Of a DNA stretch of 47,339 bases, positions 28,044 through 36,092 are shown piece by piece. Below the pieces are notes generated by a model that did not search any database, was not told the DNA's origin, and saw nothing but the letters and a program-made list of their open reading frames with translations. Source of the DNA: Myxococcota bacterium. GTDB lineage: Bacteria; Myxococcota_A; UBA796; CAJQPC01. Position numbers and translations under genes: made by a program. Every line of letters begins with the position of its first letter. Within the stretch, counting starts at the first letter, position 1. The stretch covers positions 1 through 47,339 of the forward strand of contig JAYZDK010000165.1 in the NCBI GenBank assembly GCA_036337845.1, in the 5' to 3' direction.

Positions 28044-29465
28044 TTAGCTGGACCGCCCCCGAAGATGCGCGGGCGTGAGGTCCTTGAGACCAAATCGATG
28101 CAAGGGACGCGTCAGCCGCCCTGCAGCAGTCCGGGCCGCAAGCTCTGCATCCAGGAAGCGATTCCAGAACCGAGACCAGTGTTCAAACCCAGGCGCCTCA
28201 TAAAACAAAGACTCCAAACCCTCGGGCGTGTCGGGCAACAGGTCGGCCCCGACAGGCAGAACCCCATCCTCTCGAGCAATCTGCTCAAAGTGGGTGTGTT
28301 CCTCCACGCGACACCAGTTCATGACCATTCGTGCCCGCCCGGGCATGCTCGCCTGAATGGCAAAGTAAGCCCCCAGCATCGCCAGTTGTTCTTTATGGCT
28401 CGTGGACGGTGGGGTCAGAAAGAAGGACCAACTCGCCTTGAGACCCTTCACCCGGCGCACGCTCTCCACACTGTTGCGAATCTCGGCAAAGGACATCTCC
28501 TTACGCATGCGCTCTAAACTGGGGTTCAGAAGACCATCCGCCGAAAAGGCCACCCGCTCACAGCCCGCGTCTTGCATCAACCCGAGAAAGTCCGGCTCGA
28601 CCCGACGAAAACCCAACCACGCTGTCCAGCGAATACGCACGTCCCGCCGCAGGAGTTCCTCACAAATGGCGGCCGCGTGATTGCGGTTGAGGTTGAAGCG
28701 ACTGTCGGTGAAGGTGAAATGCTCTACCCCAAATTGGTTCTGGAGATACTCAATCTCATCCACCACCACCGACACCGGCTTTCGACGAAGCTTCACGCCG
28801 TTGAGGTAGGGGTAGGTGCAATAGGCACACTTCCGAGGACAACCCCGCGTAGACTCCACCCCGATATCCACCACCAGCCCCCGGCTGGACTCCTCGGCCC
28901 GATAGTCCTCCCAGGACACAAAGTCCCGACGGGGAAACGATAGGGCTTCAAACTGTGGCAGCTCTGGAGCGCCACTGAACTGCACGACACCCTGTTCATC
29001 TCGCCAGAACACACCCGGAACCTCTTTCGGGCGGTCCAGGTTCTCCAACAGCCCCACAAAAGCCACCTCCGCCTCGGACTTGATTCCGTAGTCGAAGGGA
29101 TAGCGCTCCATGAGCTGCTCCGCGGCCTGCGTAAAGCCCGGGCCCCCCAGTACCGTGGGCACCCCAGGGGCTACACGGGCAATCGTCTCCAGGATGGGGT
29201 GTAGCTGGGTGTGAAAGATAAATGGGGCTTTGCGCGTAGTGGAGTCGATATTGCGCTGAGAAACCCCGATGACCTCAGGCTGATACTCCCCAATGGCTCT
29301 TTCCAATCGCTTCCAGGGATCCCCCCCAACGTTGAGATCCACAATCCAAGGCTCGTGACCCGCATCATGTAGTGCCGTGGCCACACAAGACAATCCAATG
29401 GGAAAAACCAGTGCGTCCGCAACGCCCTTTCTTCCCAGGTAGCTCTGAATCAGCAAGACACGCAT
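28044..29465 (-). CDS. B12-binding-domain radical SAM enzyme, substrate unknown
   Basis: The N-terminus is a Rossmann-like cobalamin-binding domain (MRVLLIQSYL...FPIGLSCVATAL...VIGVS). The radical SAM cluster motif is CPRKCAYC (CxxxCxxC). Length is 473 aa. Confidence 0.8.
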   Translation of the reverse strand: MRVLLIQSYLGRKGVADALVFPIGLSCVATALHDAGHEPWIVDLNVGGDPWKRLERAIGEYQPEVIGVSQRNIDSTTRKAPFIFHTQLHPILETIARVAPGVPTVLGGPGFTQAAEQLMERYPFDYGIKSEAEVAFVGLLENLDRPKEVPGVFWRDEQGVVQFSGAPELPQFEALSFPRRDFVSWEDYRAEESSRGLVVDIGVESTRGCPRKCAYCTYPYLNGVKLRRKPVSVVVDEIEYLQNQFGVEHFTFTDSRFNLNRNHAAAICEELLRRDVRIRWTAWLGFRRVEPDFLGLMQDAGCERVAFSADGLLNPSLERMRKEMSFAEIRNSVESVRRVKGLKASWSFFLTPPSTSHKEQLAMLGAYFAIQASMPGRARMVMNWCRVEEHTHFEQIAREDGVLPVGADLLPDTPEGLESLFYEAPGFEHWSRFWNRFLDAELAARTAAGRLTRPLHRFGLKDLTPAHLRGRSS

Positions 29466-29496
29466 GAGTGCCAGTGTATCCGCTACACCCCTCTAC

Positions 29497-30669
29497 TCAA
29501 TCCAATAGGGTGCGGTACTCGGTCTGGATCGCGCCAAAATGATGTCCCCAGTAGTTGTTGGCATAGGGAACATTGGTGTTGACTGCGAAACGGGTGTTTT
29601 GATCCGCTCCAGGCTGGAACCGCATGCCCACCGTAAAGACGTTGAAGGCAAAAGGTCGCTGATTGGAAGCCACGTCTTCCAGTCCTTTTTTCATGTTTGT
29701 AGAGCTTTCAATGAACGCACCCACACGCTCGTTGATGCGAACAAAGGCATTGAAGCCACCGCTGTAGATGATTCGTCCTCGGAACTCCAGCTCCGCTCCC
29801 GCTTGGACTTGAACATCCAACCCCTCGGCCACATCAAACCGCTGACCAAAGCCCAAAACAGGGCGAACAGCAGCATAGGAGCTCGTACCTTCCGCAGCAC
29901 TCATCAGGTCGTTGAGCATCAAATCCACCATGCCGGTCAGGATTGACTTGGTGCGCGCTGACTTGATGATGGCGTACTTCCCGCCCAAAATGGCAGAGAG
30001 TCCCATGTAGCGGCCCTGCAACGCACCGTGTGCTGAGAGCTCACGAAAGATCTGTTTCTCATAGTCGACATTGAAAGCGATGTGATTGGGCAACCCCATC
30101 TCGAACCCAGCACGAAACCGTGACCTGGGATCGATCGACTCCAAATGCATGGGAACATTGAAATCCAACTCCGCTCGCCCGGCATCCACGAGGTTTCCCC
30201 CAAGCCCCTCAATGCGCTCACCATAGGCCTCGGAAGTCAGAGCTTCCATGCGTTCGTTGATGTGCTGGCGAAATAGCGTGTTTGGATATCTTTCGAGATA
30301 GCGCTCCCAGTTGATGAGCTCTTCCTCGTAGCCCATCTCACGCACTCGGTTGAGCGTCCCCCGGTAGATCTTGGCGTTGTCCACGCCCTCGCCGCCTATC
30401 TGATCGGCCTCGATATCGGAGTCCTCATCGAGGAAGTCGGTCTCATCTTCAAGATCATCATCCAGCGACTCCTCGTCCTCGATATTCTCCGGATCTTCAT
30501 CCATGTCGATTTCGGTATCGCCTTCATCTTCGCGCTCCGTGAACTCTTCGTCTTCTTCCTCTTCAAAATCATCCAGCCAGTCCTCATCGTCCTGGGCGTG
30601 CGCGGTGGACACAAAAACCGGGAAGGCTGACAGCGAACCGAGAAGCAACAGTATCGAGAAGTGACGCAT
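29497..30669 (-). CDS. Secreted protein with an approximately 85-residue polyacidic segment and a beta-rich C-terminal domain
   Basis: ATG 30669 with GGAG upstream. The signal peptide is MRHFSILLLLGSLSAFPVFVSTAHA. It is followed by DDEDWLDDFEEEEDEEFTEREDEGDTEIDMDEDPENIEDEESLDDDLEDETDFLDEDSD. The remainder shows alternating patterns compatible with a beta-barrel. No known domain recognised. Confidence 0.6.
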   Translation of the reverse strand: MRHFSILLLLGSLSAFPVFVSTAHAQDDEDWLDDFEEEEDEEFTEREDEGDTEIDMDEDPENIEDEESLDDDLEDETDFLDEDSDIEADQIGGEGVDNAKIYRGTLNRVREMGYEEELINWERYLERYPNTLFRQHINERMEALTSEAYGERIEGLGGNLVDAGRAELDFNVPMHLESIDPRSRFRAGFEMGLPNHIAFNVDYEKQIFRELSAHGALQGRYMGLSAILGGKYAIIKSARTKSILTGMVDLMLNDLMSAAEGTSSYAAVRPVLGFGQRFDVAEGLDVQVQAGAELEFRGRIIYSGGFNAFVRINERVGAFIESSTNMKKGLEDVASNQRPFAFNVFTVGMRFQPGADQNTRFAVNTNVPYANNYWGHHFGAIQTEYRTLLD

Positions 30670-30731
30670 GGGGTCTCCACGAGTGGCAATGCGGGATAAT
30701 AGCGCCATGTAACCGCCTCGCAAGGAAGGCC

Positions 30732-31343
30732 ATGGCATACCCCGAGCAGCCCGACCGCCTCAGAGAAGCTGCGGAACAGGTAAGAGCACACCTGGTACAG
30801 CTTCGCGGAGGAGCCCCCTTTCTCTCGCCTGTAGACTCCAGACTGCTGCTGGAATGGCTGGAAGCCGGGATTCCAGTGGCTTTGATACTCCGCACGCTGG
30901 AAAAAGTAGCCGCTCAAAGAGCCGCAAAGAGAACCCGGGCTCCACTGACATTGAACGCTTTGAAAAGAACCCTCAAAAAAGAGGTAAAACACGAGGCCAA
31001 GCCCGAAGAGTGCACATCACTGTCCACACTGGTGAGTGCATTGCGCACATCTTCAGATACCCAGGAAAGAGCCATCGCAGAAGAGTTCGCCGGAATGACG
31101 GAGCAAGGAGAGGCGCTCGTGGAGCAGGCCCTCGATGCAGCCCGTCGATTCTTCGATCGAAAACTGGAAGAGGCCGATCGCGAGCAACTCACCGCAGTAG
31201 CCGAGGCTGAGCTCGCCGATCTCAAGGATGTGTTTTCCGCGCAACAATGGGAACGAGCCGTGGAACAAGCCATTCGACAAAATCTACGGGAATCACACCC
31301 ACTACTGTCCGCTTCTTCAATCTGGGATACGGTGTTTCCATGA
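30732..31343 (+). CDS. Hypothetical helical protein (possible DnaD-like replication organiser; tentative)
   Basis: AAGGAAGG lies upstream of ATG 30732. FLSPVDSRLLLEWLEAGIPVALILRTLEKV resembles the DnaD/DnaB_2 C-terminal motif by eye only. Its stop overlaps the next gene's start as ATGA. Confidence 0.5.
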   Translation: MAYPEQPDRLREAAEQVRAHLVQLRGGAPFLSPVDSRLLLEWLEAGIPVALILRTLEKVAAQRAAKRTRAPLTLNALKRTLKKEVKHEAKPEECTSLSTLVSALRTSSDTQERAIAEEFAGMTEQGEALVEQALDAARRFFDRKLEEADREQLTAVAEAELADLKDVFSAQQWERAVEQAIRQNLRESHPLLSASSIWDTVFP

Positions 31344-32179
31344 CCGTTCAGGCCAACGCAATCCGAGCCAACCCCACCTGCGAGAACTGTCGTGGGGAAG
31401 GGCTGTGCATCGAGATCCGCGGGCCTTTGGCCCATGCCACACAATGCGACTGCATTCCGGACTGCACCACCTGTGGAGGACAAGGTCGCCGATTGGTGCG
31501 AGAGGATGACATTCCCCGCATGGTGCCGTGCTCATGCAGACTGTTCACCCACCGCGCAGAGTTGTTCAATCAGGCTCGAATCCCCGCCCGCCACGCAAAT
31601 GCTTCTTTTCAGAGCTTCGAACACAGCTCCAAGGAGGCCACTCGCGCACTCGGCGGCACGATGACCTGGTGCAAGTCATTCGTAGAGGGAGGCGCGAGCA
31701 GCAAAGGCTTGATTCTTCATGGTGGGGTTGGGCGAGGGAAAACACACCTCATGATCGCCGCCATTCGATCGCTGATTCTCGACCACGGCGTTTCGGTGAG
31801 GTTCATCGAGTTCTCCCATCTTCTAGCCGACCTCAAGAAGGGTTTTGACGAGGGGCGAGGAGAGTCAAAGACGCTTGGAGCCCTCGGTCAAATCGATCTC
31901 TTGGCCATCGATGAACTCGGAAAGGGCAAGTCCACAGACTGGGAAAGGGCCGTGGCCGATGAACTCATCTCCAAGCGCTACAACAGTATGAAGCCCCTAC
32001 TTGCCACCACCAACTACCCACCGGCACGCTCCTCCGGTGTTCGAACTTCAAACCTGTCCGACGAAATCTCACTACAAACACTGGAAGACCGCGTAGGCGA
32101 ACGAGTTTTCAGTCGCTTGATGCAGATGTGCGACATCCAGAGAGTCGAGGGCGAAGACTACCGAGCCAAGGGGCAGTAA
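31340..32179 (+). CDS. DnaC/DnaI/IstB-like AAA+ ATPase with an N-terminal Cys-rich zinc-ribbon region
   Basis: Walker A is GGVGRGKTH, Walker B is DLLAIDELG, and sensor-1 is ATTN. The N-terminus is CENCRGEG...CDCIPDCTTCGGQG...CSC. I use ATG 31340, which overlaps the upstream stop. Confidence 0.75.
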   Translation: MTVQANAIRANPTCENCRGEGLCIEIRGPLAHATQCDCIPDCTTCGGQGRRLVREDDIPRMVPCSCRLFTHRAELFNQARIPARHANASFQSFEHSSKEATRALGGTMTWCKSFVEGGASSKGLILHGGVGRGKTHLMIAAIRSLILDHGVSVRFIEFSHLLADLKKGFDEGRGESKTLGALGQIDLLAIDELGKGKSTDWERAVADELISKRYNSMKPLLATTNYPPARSSGVRTSNLSDEISLQTLEDRVGERVFSRLMQMCDIQRVEGEDYRAKGQ

Positions 32180-32196
32180 ACAAAGCCCGTCACCCC

Positions 32197-35187
32197 ATGG
32201 TAGGATTCAGTAGTTTCGGGTGTAGAAGACGTATGCCAATTGCGCTCCTATTCAGCATTTTGAGCGGTTGTGCCTGGATTAGTGCCGACGAACACAAAGC
32301 ACGCCTGGATCCTGACGGCGACGATGTGCTCTGGCCCCATGACTGCGATGACACAGATTCCGAAATCGGTGAGTTGACCTGGTACTTCGATAACGATGGA
32401 GATGGCTACGGCGGCGGAAGCGGTGAAGAACGATGTGAAGGCGAAGAGGGCGAAACCACCCGGGACGGCGACTGCGACGACACCAATCCCGACATTCACC
32501 CCAACGCCATTGAATTCTGTAACGAAATCGACGACAACTGCGATGGCGAGACAGACAACAACCCTGGTGAACAGCGGTGGTATCGAGATGTCGATGCCGA
32601 TGGTTGGGGAACCGCCGACGAATACGTCCTGAGAACCGACTGTGCCGTGCAGCCTGGTGATTACACCCAGCAGTCAGGAGACTGTAACGATTACAACTCC
32701 ACAATCTATCCTGGAGCGGATGAATACTGCGACGATGAAGACACCGACTGCGACGAGGATACTCGAGACCCCCACTCTGTCGATGCATTGCCCTGGCACC
32801 CCGATGTAGATGGAGACGGATTTGGAGACATGTACGCTCCGATATTCGACTGCGATCAGCCCGAAGGGCTGATGGAAGACGCCAGCGACTGCAACGACCA
32901 GGACGCCACCATCAACATCAACGGCCAGGAGGTCTGCGATGAAGACGACCAAGACGAAGACTGCGATGGAGCCATCGACGACGCAGACGATACGGTCGAC
33001 CCGAGCACCTACAAGACCCTCTACGAAGACCTGGATGACGATGGGTTTGGCTCCCTACCGGTATTAGGCTGCGACCCTCAGGATTTCCAGGCCGCCAACG
33101 CTGGAGACTGCGACGACACTCGGGCCGACATCTCGCCCGCAGGCACAGAAATATGCGATCCCAACAACGAGGACGAAGACTGTGATGGGCTCCGAGACGA
33201 CGCGGATGACAGCTTGTCGGCCGCGAGCACCATTGCCCACTACGCCGACAGCGATGGTGATGGCTACGGGGATACCACCGCAGTGTTCCTGTGCGATCCC
33301 ACCACCGAATACCCCACCACAGACAACTCGGATTGCGACGACACTCGGGCCGACATCTCGCCCGCAGGCGTTGAGGTGTGCGACGACCTCGATGAAGACG
33401 AGGACTGCGATGGCGCCGTCGACAGTGCCGATGACAACGTAGCCCCCGATTCCTTTCAGGAGTGGTACCAGGATGGCGATGGAGATGGCTATGGCTCGAC
33501 AAGCGCTCCACAGACCGCCTGCGATCCGCCACCGGGCTACGGGTCTGGAACAGGCGACTGCGACGACACAGACCCAACCATCTCGCCCGATGCCACAGAG
33601 ATCTGGTACGACGGCGTAGACCAGGACTGCAACGGCGTGGACGACTATGACGCAGACGGCGATGGATATCGCAGCGATAGCCACCCAGACTTAGGGGGTT
33701 CGTACGGAACAGACTGTGACGACGCTGTCTTCATGGTCAACCCGGGCCTGGATGAAATCTGCAATGACGGCTGGGACAACGACTGCGACGCCACAACCGA
33801 TCTCCTCTGTGGCCTTCAGTCCGAAATCTCGGTCATAGATGCCGAGGCCTCTTTCATACCCGAAGGTTCATCTGACGAACCCGGCCTGGCAGTGGGAGGT
33901 GGCCAAGACCTCAACCTGGATGGCCTGAGCGACATCATTATCGGCGCACCTGGATTTGATGGAGTCGCACCCAATGCTGGTGCTGCGTATGTGTTTTACG
34001 GACCAATCACAGGCGCCACCGACCTGGCTTCTGCCGATCTGCGCATTCTGGGTGTAGGCACCGATAGCTTTGCTGGCACGGCGGTCACGCTCCTGGATGA
34101 TATGACCGGGGACGGCATTGCAGACATTGGCGTCGGAGCCTACAACCGCCTCGGCGACATGGGTACCGCCTACGTGATCGACGGGACCGCGACGGGACCC
34201 GTCAGCGTACTCGATGCCACCTACTCCACTCAGTTCTTTGGAAGCTCTGCAGGTGACATGCTCGGCTATTCCATGGCCAACGTAGGAGACTTCAACGCGG
34301 ACGGATCTGCCGATTGGCTTGTGGGGGCACCGGCCATTGGAAGCGGGAATCCCGGCGAGGCCTACCTCCTCTATGGGCCCCTTACCAGCGTCTCTTATGA
34401 CCCGAGCACGGCAGACGTGCAGATCAGTGGTGAACAAGCCGATGACCTGGCCGGCTACGATCTGGCCGGCGGTGGCGACCTGGATGGCGATGGAATCTCC
34501 GACATCATTGTCGGCGCACCCTTCTATGACGACCTCAGCGCCGGTGTAGAAGATGTAGGGCGGGCCTATGTCATACCCGGTAGCGGAACGCCCATGCCCC
34601 CCATCAACTTGAGCGACGGGTTCGTACACCAACTCAGTGGGAACTCGGAATACAGCGGAGAAGCGGGCAACTCTGTGGCCGGCGCCGGTGATGTGAACGC
34701 AGATGGCTATGACGACGTAATCGTGGGTGCCCACAAAGAAAACGACCCCGTGCTCGAAGCCGGCTCAAGCTACGTCTTGTTCGGCCCTATCACTACAGAT
34801 CTGTCTCTGGACACAGCCAATGCAAAGCTCACCGGCGGCAGTGTCACAGGACACCTGGGCGTCAGCGTCGATGGCGCTGGGGATGTCAACGCAGACGGCT
34901 TCTCTGATCTCATCGTAGGTGCCAAAGACGAAGACATCGGCGGGCACGACAGTGGTGTGGTGTACGTGGTTTTTGGCCCGGTTTCCGGGACTCAAGCCTG
35001 TGTTCCCAACGAGCCGCTGCAATGCTTGCGTCTGGGTTCGGGAGACCCCCGCATCTACGGGCAACAAAACCACTACCTGGGAACCTCTCTTTCCGGAGTG
35101 GGCGACACCAACGGCAATGGATTTGATGACGTGCTGCTCGGCACCTCGGGGGAAGGGGCGTTTCTGCTCCTGGGAGGCGATATCTGA
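32197..35187 (+). CDS. Large lipoprotein: MopE-type repeats followed by an FG-GAP (integrin-alpha-like) beta-propeller
   Basis: ATG 32197 gives MVGFSSFGCRRRMPIALLFSILSGC, with a basic n-region and the canonical L-S-G-C lipobox; ATG 32233 is an alternative. There are about 8 CDDTxxxIxPxxxExC(D/N)xxDxDCDG repeats. These are followed by repeated GDxNADGxxDxxVGAP FG-GAP motifs. Confidence 0.75.
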   Translation: MVGFSSFGCRRRMPIALLFSILSGCAWISADEHKARLDPDGDDVLWPHDCDDTDSEIGELTWYFDNDGDGYGGGSGEERCEGEEGETTRDGDCDDTNPDIHPNAIEFCNEIDDNCDGETDNNPGEQRWYRDVDADGWGTADEYVLRTDCAVQPGDYTQQSGDCNDYNSTIYPGADEYCDDEDTDCDEDTRDPHSVDALPWHPDVDGDGFGDMYAPIFDCDQPEGLMEDASDCNDQDATININGQEVCDEDDQDEDCDGAIDDADDTVDPSTYKTLYEDLDDDGFGSLPVLGCDPQDFQAANAGDCDDTRADISPAGTEICDPNNEDEDCDGLRDDADDSLSAASTIAHYADSDGDGYGDTTAVFLCDPTTEYPTTDNSDCDDTRADISPAGVEVCDDLDEDEDCDGAVDSADDNVAPDSFQEWYQDGDGDGYGSTSAPQTACDPPPGYGSGTGDCDDTDPTISPDATEIWYDGVDQDCNGVDDYDADGDGYRSDSHPDLGGSYGTDCDDAVFMVNPGLDEICNDGWDNDCDATTDLLCGLQSEISVIDAEASFIPEGSSDEPGLAVGGGQDLNLDGLSDIIIGAPGFDGVAPNAGAAYVFYGPITGATDLASADLRILGVGTDSFAGTAVTLLDDMTGDGIADIGVGAYNRLGDMGTAYVIDGTATGPVSVLDATYSTQFFGSSAGDMLGYSMANVGDFNADGSADWLVGAPAIGSGNPGEAYLLYGPLTSVSYDPSTADVQISGEQADDLAGYDLAGGGDLDGDGISDIIVGAPFYDDLSAGVEDVGRAYVIPGSGTPMPPINLSDGFVHQLSGNSEYSGEAGNSVAGAGDVNADGYDDVIVGAHKENDPVLEAGSSYVLFGPITTDLSLDTANAKLTGGSVTGHLGVSVDGAGDVNADGFSDLIVGAKDEDIGGHDSGVVYVVFGPVSGTQACVPNEPLQCLRLGSGDPRIYGQQNHYLGTSLSGVGDTNGNGFDDVLLGTSGEGAFLLLGGDI

Positions 35188-36092
35188 TGACCTGGCTCGG
35201 CTTACTTCTGATGTTCAACACCGCCTCGGCAGAATGCAGCCTCCGAACCACGACTCGAGATCTCGCCCAGGGCATCTCCGATGTGGAAGCAGCGTTCGTG
35301 TCCATGGACATCAACGCATTCAACGAAGCCGAAACCCGGACACTCGCCAGCATCGACTGTCTTGAAGAAGCGCTCACACCCTACGACGCAGCCGGGTTTC
35401 ACCGCATGTCCGCACTTCGGTCCTTTATTGTGCGAGACGAAGAATCCGCTAAGGCCTCCTACGTCGCAGCGCTGACTTCTCAGCCCAACTACAATTTGCC
35501 CGAGTCGCTGGCGCCCAAAGGAAAGTCGCTGGACAGCCTGTACACCGAGGCCCGTGTATTAGCCGAGGAAAAAGCAGACCGGGTCGCCGTAGAGATTCCG
35601 AATGGAGCCATCATGACTGTGGACGGTCGCAGGGAGCAGATGCGCCCGATTAGCCGCCCCAGCCTCATACAGCTCCTGGATCTGAAAGGGGTCGTCCTCT
35701 GGAGCGGGTACATCGAGAAAGACGGCATGGATCCAGACTTCACCGGTGTGGTGGTGGAGGCACCTGCGGACACCTCACAGGCCAGTCCTGTCATTCAGGA
35801 TTCCAAAGAGCGTAAGGGGTCGATGGACTTTCGGATCTCCGGTACAAATAGTCCTCGAAACGCAGGTTTTTCCGCTGAAGACAAGCCAAAGTTGATCGCG
35901 TCAGCAGCCAGCACTGCCACAGCCATTGTGCTCTATGGACTCGCCGCGAGTGTCGCAGCGAAACACGCAGCCATCACTACGAACTACCAAGAACTCGACT
36001 CATTGCAAAAGCGGAATCACCGCCTAATCATCGCTTCCGGCCTGGCTGGCGGGTTTGGGATCGGGTTGGGAGCCGTCATCTACTTCAACTGA
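35187..36092 (+). CDS. Hypothetical exported/membrane protein with C-terminal TM helices
   Basis: The ATG overlaps the upstream TGA by 1 nt. The signal-like N-terminus is MTWLGLLLMFNTASA. A PEGA-like stretch VAVEIPNGAIMTVDGRR is present. Hydrophobic segments are LIASAASTATAIVLYGLAASVAA and LIIASGLAGGFGIGLGAVIYF. Confidence 0.55.
   Translation: MTWLGLLLMFNTASAECSLRTTTRDLAQGISDVEAAFVSMDINAFNEAETRTLASIDCLEEALTPYDAAGFHRMSALRSFIVRDEESAKASYVAALTSQPNYNLPESLAPKGKSLDSLYTEARVLAEEKADRVAVEIPNGAIMTVDGRREQMRPISRPSLIQLLDLKGVVLWSGYIEKDGMDPDFTGVVVEAPADTSQASPVIQDSKERKGSMDFRISGTNSPRNAGFSAEDKPKLIASAASTATAIVLYGLAASVAAKHAAITTNYQELDSLQKRNHRLIIASGLAGGFGIGLGAVIYFN

Noticed and set aside
31340-32179. IstB-like ATPase as part of an IS21-family mobile element
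   Set aside because: There is no IstA transposase ORF, no DDE motif and no terminal inverted repeats in the flanks. The upstream partner is a small helical protein and the downstream gene is a chromosomal lipoprotein.
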